Positions 14,111 to 25,818 of a DNA stretch of 64,000 bases are shown here, piece after piece; the stretch's first letter is position 1; the number at the start of each line of letters is the position of its first letter. The stretch comes from Raja brachyura. Lineage: Eukaryota. The position numbers and the translations under genes are program-made. The notes below the pieces were generated by a model. It did no database searches. It had not been told where the DNA came from and worked only from the letters and a program-made list of their open reading frames with translations. The DNA lies in contig OY740807.1 of assembly GCA_963514005.1 (NCBI GenBank), positions 2,356,001 to 2,420,000 of the forward strand, in the 5' to 3' direction.

Positions 14111-14403
14111 CTCTGATTTGTTGGGATGGAGAATAATTGAATGAAAGAATTTGTGTTTTTGTTATATTTAATTTATACACTGAGTAGTATCCATATGTTT
14201 CAAATAGGTTCATTAGATTTGGGATATGATCACAATGAATGGCAGTGCTGGCTCAAAGGGCCAAATGGCCTCCTCCTGCGCCTATTTTCTGTGTTTTTAT
14301 GTTTCTATGCCCTGTTTGGGCTCCCAAAGTATGAAGGGATTAGCAGACAGTTCAAGGTTCCTCTCACAGACTTTGATAACACTCTTGCCAGTTAGCCATA
14401 TAC

Positions 14404-14742
14404 CACATTTTCCAGTTCCATTTTCCGAGAATGTAATTTTGTAAACCTAGTCACCACTTTGTCCAAGTCATGGGCAAAGTCATAGTGAATGTGCATTAAG
14501 CCAAGTGCAGACAGCCTGTCATTATTCATGGAAGTCCTGGTGTAGTGATGCAGGCAACAGACACTCGTGGCACGCCGGCATATATTGTCATTTAGCCATA
14601 AATCAGGTTTTCCAGTTCCATTTTCCAAGAATGTAACTGCGTAAACCTAGTCCCAACATTGTCCAAGTTATGGACAAAGTCATAGTGAATATGGATTAAG
14701 GCGATTGCAGACAGCTTGTCATTGCTCATGGAAGTCCTGGTC
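14404..14742 (-). mobile_element. hAT transposase C-terminal dimerisation-domain remnant, duplicated
   Basis: SMNNDRLSALGLMHIH..DLDKVVTRFTKLHSRKMEL; two copies of about 135 bp (14407-14540, 14608-14740). Confidence 0.7.
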
Positions 14743-14829
14743 TTTGCTTCTTCGTGGATGTGAAAACATGTTTGTCCTCATTGGCTGGATCAAAGTAAGA
14801 TTCCGAGCGAGATCGCGCCCACTGCAAGC

Positions 14830-15165
14830 ATGCTGCCCGATGCGAGAGTCTCTCCGCCGCTCAGGCTCCTGACCAAAGGTCCCGGCCACCTCCGCAGTCA
14901 AATGGAGGGGGACAGGTGGGGTCGGCAGAGCACTGTGGAGAGACTGGCTGCCAACAAGGCTAATTACTTGAAGAGCCAGACGGCGAGGGGGTGCAAAGTG
15001 GAGCCCAAAGTTTTGGGCATCTCTGCCTCCGAGGAAAGCAGCAGCAGCAGGGCCAGCAGCAACACCAAGACGTATGGGGCTGTTCAACTTGGGCGACCTA
15101 ATCCGCGAGTTAAGAAGAGTGTCTTTAACCTTCAAGCTCGAGGGCACTCGCCTGGAACGCCTTGA
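14830..15165 (+). pseudogene. FAM110-family N-terminal fragment
   Basis: PLRLLTKGPGHLRSQME..RQSTVERLAANKANYLKSQ resembles the FAM110_N signature (PLRxLNKGPxYxRRQ..SAVERLxADKAKYVKS). Truncated, with no C-terminal domain. Confidence 0.7.
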
Positions 15166-15209
15166 GCTGGATCGACCATCCGCATTGAAAATGCAAGCTT
15201 TATTGACTG

Positions 15210-17832
15210 ACCAAAGAGAGTTAGATAGAGCTCTAGGGACTGGTGGAATCAAGGGATATGAGGAGAAGGCAGGCACGGGTTATTGATTTGGGACATCAGC
15301 CATGATCACAATGAATGGCGGTGCTAGTTCGAAGGGCCGAATGGCCTCCACCTGCACCTATTTTCCATGGACAAGGGAGAGCCCAGTACAAACCTGATTT
15401 TCCCAGTATCCCTGCATGTTGAAATCTCCCATAAACCACCGTAGCATTACCTTTGTTACATGCCAATTTTAACTCCTGATGTAACTTGCACCCCATGTCC
15501 AAACTACTGTTTGGGGGCCTGTAGATAACTCCCATTAGGGTCATTTTACCCTTACAATTTTGCAGTTCTATCCACAATGACTCTGCATCTTATAATTCTA
15601 TGTCACCCTTCGCAAGGGACTGGATTTCATTCCTTAGTAATCCATAATATGATTAGTTTTAAGCTGCAATTTGAGAAGGAGAACGTTAAATCGGAAGTGG
15701 CAGTGATGCAGTTGAACAAAGGGGACTATGAAGGCATGAGAGGGGAGCTGGCCAAAGTAGACTGGAAAGGGATCCGAGCAGGAATGACGGTGGAACAGCA
15801 ATGGCAGGAATTTCTGGGCATAATCCGGAAGACGCAGGATCATTTCATTCCAAAAAGGAAGAAAGATTCTAAGGGGAGTAGGAGGCAACCGTGGCTGACA
15901 AGAGAAGTTAAGGATAGAATAAAACTGAAATAAAAGATGTATAACACAGCAAAGAGTAGCCGGAAGCCAGAGGATTGGGAAACTTTCATAGGACAACAGA
16001 AGGAAATAAAACGGGCAATACAGGCTGAAAAGATGAAGAACGAGGGGAAGCTGGCCAGGAATATAAAGAAGGACAGTAAAAGCTTCTTTAGATATGTTTT
16101 TTTAAAAATATTTTTATTAGAAGCAATGCATGTTGCCAATGATATAACAGTCTTTCAAATACACATTTAACTGGTTTCAAAAGTTATACAAATATTATGA
16201 AATGATTTATATAAGCTTATATGATTTTTTTTTAGAAAGTAAAGAGGTGAAAGAATAGGTGTATAATCAATGAAGATTGTGATTAAATAATATTGATTAT
16301 GATTATATAAGAAAAAAAATAAAATAAATTTAAAAAAAAACAATAAAAATAAATAATACAAGCAAACAATTATTATATTTTTTAAAAATTGTAGTATACA
16401 TCTTAACAATGAATGGAACAATTTCACATAACAGTATCTATAGAGACGTGTATACAAATCTCAGAATAGATCTTTTCATCTAATCCTACAACCGGGTATT
16501 TATTGAGTTACAATGCTGAGCTCAGCTACCCCTTCATATAGTCAGTGAATGGAGACCATATTTGTTCAAAAAGTTCATATTTGTCCATTAGGACAAACCT
16601 GATTCTCTCCAAATGCAGCGTCTCCAACATTTCCCCTGTCCACATTTTAATTGTGGGGGATAATGTTCCCTTCCAGAATTTTAATATTAATTTTTTTCCA
16701 ATTATCAAACAGTAATCAAGAAAATTTATTTGATTTACTGTTAATATTAGGTTTGAATCTGAAACTCCTAATATTATTAGCTTTGGGTCAGGATCCAATT
16801 TAGTCTTAAGAACTACGGAAATGATTTAAAAAATTTCAGTCCAATAACTATTAAGATTTATACATGTTACAAAACTATGCGTTAAATTAGCTTCTGAATT
16901 CTGACATTTATCGCAAATAGAGGAGATGTTAGAAAAAATTCTATTTAATTTCGTTTTTGAATAATGTAATCTATGTAATACTTTGAATTGTATCAAAGTA
17001 TGTCTGGCATTTAACGAACAACGGTGTATACGTTGTAGACTTTCTTCCCAAGTGTCTTTTAATATAGATAAACCTGTTTCATTTTCCCATATTTGTCAGT
17101 ATGATTCTGTTGTTGGAATTTCCCTATCCAAAAGAGTATTATATATATATGCTATTAGTTTTTCCGTATTTGGGTGCTTGTTGAGCTCTTCATCCAATAA
17201 TCCTAGTTCTCTATTTTTATAATATTGCATGTTTGACTTGATATAGTCTCAAATTTGTAAATACCTAAACAAGTTATTTGTGTGCAATCCATACATATCT
17301 TTTAACTCTTGGAATGAGAGAAATTTTCCCTTCCTGTAAAGGTGTTCTATCCTTATAATTCCTAAGTTTTTCCATTGTCTAAACCCCTTATCCAATATAG
17401 AGGGTTTAAATGAAGGGTTATTCATAATTGGTAAGCAAAGCGACATATTATCCAAATGTAGAGTCTTAACTATTTGTTTCCAAATACGTCTATTGCTATA
17501 GATTATACGATTTTCACTATAAAAATTTTTTTGTACCTCCCTTGGAGCAAGGAGAATCGAGCTTGTATCGAAAGGTAAACAGTCTTCCTTTTCCATTTTT
17601 AGCCAAGCTGGTTCCTGATCCATATTTACCAACCAAAAATTCATATTCTTAATCTGAACCGCCCAGAAGTAATATAAAAAAATTAGGTAGTGCTAATCCT
17701 CCAGAAAAGATGAAGAACGAGGGGAAGCTGGCCAGGAATATAAAGAAGGACAGTAAAAGCTTCTTTAGATATGTTAAGGGAAAAAGAGTAGCAAAGTCAA
17801 ATGTGGATCCCTTGAAGACAGACACGGGTGAA
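15210..17832. mobile_element. Rearranged CR1 fragments split by an L1 and cut by a DIRS
   Basis: 3' end (+) 15210-15370; APE piece (-) 15370-15635; ORF2 (+) 15635-16098, resuming at 17704-17832. Confidence 0.8.
16099..17703 (-). mobile_element. 5'-truncated L1-clade LINE with 72-bp flanking direct repeat
   Basis: ORF2 C-terminal pieces (16526-16798, 17249-17644), AATAAA and poly(A) at the left end. Confidence 0.88.
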
Positions 17833-18375
17833 ATTTTACTTCGGAGTCATGTGAGTGATTCCGTGAAGAAGACCTGCCAGGCCGCATGCGCACCAGTGCA
17901 TCAGCCGCTCCTGCCAGCAGTAAGTTAAACCTAGAAGGTAAGTTTTTTACTTACCAGGGTTTTTCAGGCAGGAGCCTCTTTTTGCAGAGGTTTTCCTGCC
18001 AGTTTCGCAGCCCGATGAGTGTGCCGGTTATGGACTGTGGGGAAACCCAGTCCGACCGCGGAAGCAGATAACCGGCAAAAGATTGGGTTGTGAGATAAGG
18101 AGCCGCTAACAAGGCAGTCAGCGGCTCCCAGCCTGCGGGGATGCCGTAAAAACGGCAAGAAATTCAAGTAGAGTCTCTGACAATGTAGTCAGTGGCTCCC
18201 AGCCTGCGGGAATTCCTTTGGAACGGCAAGGAAGTAATGCTAGAGTCACTGACAGTGGGGTCAGTTGCTCACAGACGTTGGTCCCCAGGCAAGGAATTAA
18301 ATGGGACTAATTCAGCCCTATTTGGACTCAGGTGAGTTGGGCTACAAAGGGTTCTCCTTATAATAAAATGTATGT

Positions 18376-19942
18376 AGAAACATAGAAACATAGAAATTAG
18401 GTGCAGGAATAGGCCATTCGGCCCTTCGAGCCTGCACCGCCATTCAATATGATCATGGCTGATCATCCAACTCAGTATCCCGTACCTGCCTTCTTTCCAT
18501 ACCCTCTGATCCCCTTAGCCACAAGGGCCACATCTAACTCCCTCTTAAATATATCCAATGAACTGGCCTCAACTACCCTCTGTGGCAGAGAATTCCAGAG
18601 ACCCACCACTCTCTGTGTGAAAAAATTCCTTCTCATCTCGGTCCTAAAGGATTTCCCCCTTATCCTTAAGCTGTGACCCCTTGTCCTGGACGTCCCCAAC
18701 ATCGGGAACAATCTTCCTGCATCTAGCCTGTCCAACCCCTTAAGAATCTTGTAAGTTTCTATAAGATCCCCTCTCAATCTCCTAAATTCTAGAGAGTATA
18801 AACCGAGTCTATGCAGTCTTTGTTCATAAGACAGTCCTGACATCCCAGGAATCAGTCTGGTGAACCTTCGCTGCACTCCCTCTATGGCAATAATGTCCTT
18901 CCTCAGATTTGGAGACCAGAACTGTACGCAATACTCCAGGTGTGGCCTCACCAAGACCCTATACAACTGAAGTAGAACCTCCCTGCTCCTATACTCAAAT
19001 CCTTTTGCTATGAAAGCTAACATACCATTGGCTTTCTTCACTGCCTGTTGTACCTGCATGCCTACTTTCAATGACTGGTGTACCATGACACCCAGGTCGC
19101 GCTGCATCTCCCCTTTTCCTAATCGGCCACCATTTAGATAGTAGTCGGTTTTCCTATTTTTGCCACCAAAGTGGATAACCTCACATTTATCCACATTATA
19201 CTGCATCTGCCAAACATTTGCCCACTCACCCAGCCTATCCAAGTCACCTTGCATTCTCCTAGCATCCTCCTCACAGCCAACACTGCCCCCCAGCTTAGTG
19301 TCATCCGCAAACTTGGAGATATTGCCTTCAATTCCCTCATCCAGATCATTTATGTATATTGTAAATAGCTGGGGTCCCAGCACTGAGCCTTGCGGTACCC
19401 CACTAGTCACTGCCTGCCATTGTGAAAACGACCCGTTAACTCCTACTCTTTGCTTCCTGTTTGCCAGCCAGTTCTCTATCCACATCAATACTGAACCCCC
19501 AATGCCATATGCTTTAAGTTTATATACTAATCGCTTATGTGGGACCTTGTCGAAAGCCTTCTGGAAGTCCAGATACACCACATCCACTGGTTCTCCCCGA
19601 TCCACGCTACTAGTTACATCCTCGAAAAATTCCACAAGATTCGTCAGACATGATTTACCTTTCGTAAATCCATGCTGGCTTTGTCCAATGATTTCACCAC
19701 TTTCCAAATGTGCTGCTATCCCATCTTTAATAACTGACTCTAGCAGTTTCCCCACTACCGATGTTAGACTAACTGGTCTGTAATTCCCCGTTTTCTCTCT
19801 CCCCCCCTTCTTAAAAAGAGGGGTTACGTTTGCTACCCGCCAATCCTCAGGAACTACTCCAGAATCTAAAGAGTTTTGAAAGATTATCACTAATGCATCC
19901 ACTATTTCCGGAGCTACTTCCTTAAGTACTCCTTAAGTCCTT
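18376..19942 (-). mobile_element. Young 5'-truncated CR1 with open RT
   Basis: 476-aa ORF 18472-19902; 10-bp TSD AAATGTATGT at 18366-18375 and 19943-19952. Confidence 0.95.
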
Positions 19943-20139
19943 AAATGTATGTTATAGTGTTTTTCTTAAAGTTAAAAGCAAAGTTAAAGTCATAAAAAGT
20001 TATTGTTATATGTCGCTAACAATGTAATCCTTGTTGTTTAGCAGAAGGTGCTGTGAATTGTTTTAACCCTTCACAGGTAAAACTGTACACTAAAAATGTT
20101 GATTAGTGAGCTTACACTGTAATAGCGCAGGCCTATGGG

Positions 20140-20365
20140 ACAGGCCACGCCAGCAGCGCCTGACAGGGCTGCTTCATGTACGAAAGTGCCGGCCTACGGG
20201 AGAGCCGTGCCAGCAGCGCCTGGTACAGGGCTGTTTCATTTGTGACATTACCGGCCTACGAGAGAGCCGTGCGAGCAGCACCTGGTACAGGGCTGTTTCA
20301 TGTCAAAAAGCACCGGCCTTTACGAAAGGCAGCACCAGCAACGCCTGGGACAGGGTTCCTCATAT
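20140..20365. repeat. About 60-bp tandem repeat in the degenerate DIRS
   Basis: CAGCAGCGCCTGGTACAGGGCTG units near 20151, 20211, 20273, 20336. Confidence 0.8.
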
Positions 20366-21704
20366 TCACACATAATCTGCTACGTCCATGGAGTCGGGAG
20401 ATGATTCTCCACCAGGGCTGGATTGCAAGGCCCCCGGAATCGGGGATGAATTCCTCACCGGGGCTGGATAGTGGGTTTGAAACGACTATCCCAAATACAG
20501 TAACTGTTGCATACAGTGCTACAGAGGTCTCCCTCTTGGAGGCAGAGACCAAGACGAGTCAGTATCCTGCTTACACTGAGTCTCAGGGTATGGCCGTGGG
20601 ACATACCCCAAGGGATGAAGGGCACGTGTCAGAGGTACCTTTTTCCTGACAACAAAGTTGCCATCCCAGCAGAATATTCTATTTGGGTTAAGGCCAATGG
20701 GTTTGTATCAGTATCGGTATCTTGCGGCCTGCAGCAGCGCCTGTTTAGGGTTGCCTACGAATCACCCTCTCTGAGGAAGGAAGAGCAAAAGGTCAAGATA
20801 TAACTGACTCCAGGCTCTAAAGAAGTCAATAGAACATACTTAAGCACATCTTTGCTGGCAGTGAACAGCGCCAACAGGGGGATGTGAGAGCTAGCCGCTG
20901 AATCTGTTATTCAGGTGGTCCTATTCAACAGGGGAAGAAAGCCTGGCAGACGAATCAATTAGGCCAACGGCAGGCATGTCACCGTTTCAGAACGCACCCC
21001 AGGCGCTCATCGACAGTAAGCTGTTCACTGGAGCTGGTGGCAGCATGATAGCTCAGAAATTCCATGCACCTTACTGATCCTTCTCAACAAAATGGGTCTA
21101 GCACTTCCAAAATATGGGTAGTGCACCGTTCACAAGCTGTACTATTTACATTTGTTTTCTACACCATACAAAGGGTAAAAATATTTGGTTGAGGCACAGT
21201 CGGAGCATTCCAAGCAAGTTTGGATTATGGCCAGGGTTGTTTTAAAAAAAATTAAGGATCGGAAACTAGGCAAAATTTCTCATGCAAACCACCCACGGAA
21301 TAAGGCAGGAGTGGCATGTTATTATGAAGAATGTAGAGTGTCGGGCATATGAACTTTCCGAATATGAAAACTTATTTTCCTGACTAACAACAGATTCATA
21401 AGGGTCAGAGATCCATGCTATGCAAATCACATTACAGAGGTTATCAAAGACAATATACCTGTACTATAACAGTAAAGCTTTGGGGTATGGGATAAACTGT
21501 TGGACATTGGGATTTACCTTTAATTTTACTTCGGAGTCACGTGAGTGACTACGTGAAGACCCCGTCAGCACGCATGCGCGACATATCGTCGTACGCATGC
21601 GGAAGCGACGGTCGGGAGGAGCGGGGCTCCTCCAGCACAAGTTTAAATAGCTTACGCCAGGTAAGTCTCACCGGAGGAGTGAGTCGACGACATAGTGTAT
21701 AGCG

Positions 21705-22910
21705 ATGGAAGCACGAAAATCGAAAAGAACAGCGGCCAAAGCAGCTGCCAAGGAGAGCAGCCAGCAGAGAGCCGTCTCTCCAGAGCTACAGGTTTTACCT
21801 GCAGCTCCCGACTTATCGCCCTTTGGGACCGTTGGTACGCCACGGTCGGGCGGGAAAACCACCCGGAAGTCGGCCGGGGCCGACTCAGCGGAGTCCGGTC
21901 CCGAGGACACCCCGTTCGCAGATAGCGACGGAGGTCGTCTAAACCGCATGGAGCGGATGATGGAGCAAATGCTCCAACGTGACCTGCTAATGCAGGGGCA
22001 GGGTCACAGTGGTACTCCTAGCAGGCCCACGGCAAGTTCCTATCGAGGACTGCCCAATGTCTCCCCCTCTATACAGGGGAGCATTGAGGGTCAGAACTGG
22101 GCTGACCCAGAAGAAGGGGAGCTGGCTGAATTACCGACGGTGTCAGGGGTGTGTGAAGACTACATGGATATGGTAAGCAAGCATGCTATGCCTAACAAGA
22201 AGGGCTTACCAATCCACCCTAAGCTGGCTACCAGCATTAACTATATGGCAACGAACCAGCTGCAGGAACAGGCCATTAATGCTACTGCAGATAAATATAT
22301 GGCACCTGAGAACTGCAACTCATTGAATGTACCTGCAGTAAATAACCCTATATGGGGAAACATGAGCCCCTCAAGTAGAGGCCAGGAGATCAAACTTCAG
22401 AGGATTCTGAAGCTCCTAACCGCAGGGATTACGGCAGTGGCAAGAACTGCAGTGGGTGTGGATATGCCGGAAGAATTACAGGATGCTTTGGCTCTACTCT
22501 GTAATACTCAGTATGAGATCAACAATTTTAGAAAAAACATCATAAAGCCGGCGCTTAACCCCAAGTTTGCGGGGTTGTGTAAGCCTGGGAAGACTCAGCC
22601 TCCAAGCCTGCTGTTCGGGGAAGATCTCCCAAAGCAGGTTAAAGACCTTGATGAGGAGGACAAGGCTTTGGGCCTTATAAAACCTGGCTACACTAAGCCG
22701 CATCACCCACACAGACAGCACCCCTACACATCCACCGGGCAGAGTTACCATAACAGGTCTGCCGGTGGTGAAAGCTCGAAGGCCGGCATTCCTGCACAAC
22801 GGTCTTTTTTAGGCCAAGGCCCAGGCCAGCCTTCTTGGAAGATGCGCCACTCCCAGAACACCCACAACCAACCAAGGAAGCAAGGACAGAAACCTCCACA
22901 CCGGCAGTAA
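21705..22910 (+). CDS. DIRS ORF1 (gag-like)
   Basis: 401-aa ORF, first in the element, good Kozak (GCGATGG), LFGEDL..VK motif typical of DIRS ORF1. Confidence 0.85.
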   Translation: MEARKSKRTAAKAAAKESSQQRAVSPELQVLPAAPDLSPFGTVGTPRSGGKTTRKSAGADSAESGPEDTPFADSDGGRLNRMERMMEQMLQRDLLMQGQGHSGTPSRPTASSYRGLPNVSPSIQGSIEGQNWADPEEGELAELPTVSGVCEDYMDMVSKHAMPNKKGLPIHPKLATSINYMATNQLQEQAINATADKYMAPENCNSLNVPAVNNPIWGNMSPSSRGQEIKLQRILKLLTAGITAVARTAVGVDMPEELQDALALLCNTQYEINNFRKNIIKPALNPKFAGLCKPGKTQPPSLLFGEDLPKQVKDLDEEDKALGLIKPGYTKPHHPHRQHPYTSTGQSYHNRSAGGESSKAGIPAQRSFLGQGPGQPSWKMRHSQNTHNQPRKQGQKPPHRQ

Positions 22911-22912
22911 CC

Positions 22913-24847
22913 ATGGAGGTAGGTGGGTCTGGGGTCCCCAGAAACACATCTGGTCTAAATTCACTTTGTGTAGGGGGCAGGTTGCACATGTTCTTCGAGA
23001 ATTGGCTCACTTTTACCTCTGATCCTTATATACTCAGAAGTATTCAGGGCTACAAAATTGAATTTATTCACGAACTCCCTACCCCGGTACAGCATGCACC
23101 TAGCCGAAAATTCGTCCTTTCCCAAAAAGAAAGGGCAGCAGGGCATGCTGAACTACAGAGATTAATAGAAAGAGGGGTAATTGAGAAAGCCATCAAAGAA
23201 CCTCAGGAGTTCGTGTCTAATATATTCACTAAAAATAAAAAAGACGGCGGGTGCCGCATCATCATAGATTTGACCGATCTGAATACTTTTGTCCAGTATA
23301 TTCATTTTAAAATGGACACCTTCGATACTGCTATACAGTTAATAGCTAATGGGTACTACATGGCATGCATTGACCTCAAAGATGCATATTATTCAGTACC
23401 CATACACAAGGATCATAGGAAATACTTAAAATTTATCTGGATGGGACAATTATGGCAATACAAAGCTTTGCCTAATGGGTTGTCGTCAGCACCCAGATTG
23501 TTTACCAAGATATTAAAACCAGCTTTGGCCTATTTAAGGAAACAGAAACATACTGTTATGGCCTATCTTGATGACATCCTCATAGTGGGGGAGAATTTGG
23601 AAATGGCTACTTTGGCAGTTACAGCCACGAAACATCTTTTTCAGAAGCTGGGATTTTTGATCCATCCAGATAAATCAATATTGGAACCCTCTACCACCAT
23701 GAAATATCTGGGGTTCATTATTGACTCAGTGCAAATGTCTGTCACGTTGCCACCAAGCAAGGTGGAAGACCTGATAGAGGCTTGCAGGAGCCTCATTGGC
23801 ATTAAGGTCCCATCCATTCGGCAGGTGGCCAGGGTGATTGGGAAGATAGTAGCTGCATTTCCTGCAGCACAATTTGGGCCCTTACATTACCAAAACTTAC
23901 AAAGAGCCAAAATTACAGCGCTCAAAAATCATACTGGCCATTTCGACAGGCCTATGAAAATTCCGGGAAAGGCAAAAGCCGAATTATATTGGTGGATGGG
24001 TAATGCCCAAAATTGCTCCAAACCTATCAATATCATCAATCCCTTGATCATCTTACAAACGGATGCCAGTGCCAAAGGGTGGGGAGCTACTAACACTACC
24101 TCTAGCTGTGGAGGTAGATGGAGTGCACCAGAGTTAACCCTATTCAAAAACTTGGGGATTAACTATTCAGAAATGCTGGCAGCATTTCACGGCCTTAAAG
24201 CATACTGCACTAATATGCACAAAGTTCATATTAGAATACAAATTGACAACACCACGGTGGTAGCATATATTAACCATATGGGCGGTATAAAGTCGATATC
24301 GTGTGATGAATTGGCTAACAATATCTGGCACTGGTGTCTGCAAAGAGAAATTTGGATCTCAGCTACTTACCTTCCAGGTAAGCTAAATACAGTGGCAGAC
24401 ACCAGATCACGTAAATTCAACGACAACATAGAATGGATGTTGGATCGGAATGTGTTTTCAGATATTGTAGAACGTTATGGAACACCAGATATCGACCTTT
24501 TCGCGTCCAGGCTAAATCACCAACTACCAACATATGTTGCTTGGGAGCCAGACCCGGGGGCAGTAGCGATGGATGCCTTCTCGCTACATTGGGGGGATCT
24601 ATTTTGCTATGCATTTCCCCCTTTCTGCCTCATCAGTCGGGTCTTGCAGAAAATAAAGCAAGACTATGCATCGGGTATTTTGGTGGTGCCCGACTGGCCT
24701 ACCCAACCATGGTTCCCTATGGTACAGAAGATGGCCACAGAACCCTGTATCAGGGTGAACAAAAGACCAAGCCTGCTCGTTCATCCTGTTACAGGAGAAT
24801 GTCATCCATGTCATGACCGCATGGACTTGTTAATTTGCAGATTTTAA
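22913..24847 (+). CDS. DIRS pol: reverse transcriptase + RNase H + N6-adenine methyltransferase-like domain
   Basis: RT motifs IDLKDAY, LPNGLSSAP, YLDD. RNase H motifs TDAS..GWG, DNTT, N.VAD..SR. MT motifs DLFASRLN and YAFPPF. ATG at 22913 in ACCATGG context; the ORF track opens the frame at 22835. Confidence 0.95.
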   Translation: MEVGGSGVPRNTSGLNSLCVGGRLHMFFENWLTFTSDPYILRSIQGYKIEFIHELPTPVQHAPSRKFVLSQKERAAGHAELQRLIERGVIEKAIKEPQEFVSNIFTKNKKDGGCRIIIDLTDLNTFVQYIHFKMDTFDTAIQLIANGYYMACIDLKDAYYSVPIHKDHRKYLKFIWMGQLWQYKALPNGLSSAPRLFTKILKPALAYLRKQKHTVMAYLDDILIVGENLEMATLAVTATKHLFQKLGFLIHPDKSILEPSTTMKYLGFIIDSVQMSVTLPPSKVEDLIEACRSLIGIKVPSIRQVARVIGKIVAAFPAAQFGPLHYQNLQRAKITALKNHTGHFDRPMKIPGKAKAELYWWMGNAQNCSKPINIINPLIILQTDASAKGWGATNTTSSCGGRWSAPELTLFKNLGINYSEMLAAFHGLKAYCTNMHKVHIRIQIDNTTVVAYINHMGGIKSISCDELANNIWHWCLQREIWISATYLPGKLNTVADTRSRKFNDNIEWMLDRNVFSDIVERYGTPDIDLFASRLNHQLPTYVAWEPDPGAVAMDAFSLHWGDLFCYAFPPFCLISRVLQKIKQDYASGILVVPDWPTQPWFPMVQKMATEPCIRVNKRPSLLVHPVTGECHPCHDRMDLLICRF

Positions 24848-25818
24848 AACGGCCACTTCACGGATTCGGACTCTCCAACAGGACCATTGATACCATCACA
24901 GCAGCCTGCAGAGAGTCCACAAGAAAGCAGTACCTGACCTACATCAGGAAATGGGAAGGATTCTGCGTCACAGCCAACACGACATATGAAACCGCCACCA
25001 TAACGGAAGTGCTGGAATTTTTGGCTACCCTTCATTTCGATGAAGGTTTGAGCTACAGTGCCATTAACTGTGCCAGGAGTGCCCTATCATCCTACTTGGG
25101 CAAGGGGAGTGACCAATTGGGAATTGGGTCACATCCTCTAGTATCCAAATTTATGAGGGGAATATTCAATTCTAATCCCCCCAGGGCCAGATATAGCCAT
25201 ATTTGGGATATCAGCACAGTCTTGACTATGCTGCGAGGATGGACACCAAACACGGGACTCCCTTTGGCAAAACTCACCTACAAGATGGTCATGATTATGG
25301 CACTTATCACGGCACAACGGGTCCAGTCCCTGCACAAACTCAACCTGGATGAAATGACAATCACCAGTTACAAAATCACTTTCTATGTGCAGGGACTGTT
25401 GAAACAAGATCGACCCGGAGTGTCTGGACATACTTTGGAGTTTCTGGCTTACCCAGCAGATCCTCGTCTTTGTATCGTCACATTAATCTTACGATACATT
25501 ACAGTCACTCAAAATCTCAGGGGCACGGAAACAGCTTTGCTTGTTAGTCACAAGAAGCCCCATCACAGAGTCACGGTGCAAACCATTTCCAGATGGTTAA
25601 GGGTGGTACTGGATGCGGCGGGGGTGGATACCAACAAATATAAATCTCACTCCACCAGGGCAGCATCCACCTCGGCGGCTAGAAGGATGGAGGTACCGTT
25701 GGATCACATCCTGGCTACAGCGGGTTCGAGTAATGAAAAGACCTTCCACCGCTTTTACTATAAACCCGTGACCTCCCCTGACACTTATGCAGGGAGGATT
25801 TTGAGTGCTGCCAGATAG
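24835..25818 (+). CDS. DIRS tyrosine recombinase (YR)
   Basis: SAM-like N-terminus (Y..W..F, RSALS) and catalytic TAQR, HSTR, F.RFY. No in-frame ATG until residue 107. Confidence 0.93.
   Translation: MQILKRPLHGFGLSNRTIDTITAACRESTRKQYLTYIRKWEGFCVTANTTYETATITEVLEFLATLHFDEGLSYSAINCARSALSSYLGKGSDQLGIGSHPLVSKFMRGIFNSNPPRARYSHIWDISTVLTMLRGWTPNTGLPLAKLTYKMVMIMALITAQRVQSLHKLNLDEMTITSYKITFYVQGLLKQDRPGVSGHTLEFLAYPADPRLCIVTLILRYITVTQNLRGTETALLVSHKKPHHRVTVQTISRWLRVVLDAAGVDTNKYKSHSTRAASTSAARRMEVPLDHILATAGSSNEKTFHRFYYKPVTSPDTYAGRILSAAR

Noticed and set aside
12247-14290. Second long TSD (about 64 bp) around the L1 at 12311-14110
   Set aside because: The two CR1-tail copies differ at about 5 positions while the host CR1 looks young; an independent short CR1 insertion is equally likely
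21705-25818. RT + methyltransferase + tyrosine recombinase as a novel prokaryotic retron/defence-like operon
   Set aside because: Domain order plus ITR/ICR is the known DIRS1 architecture, and the context is vertebrate
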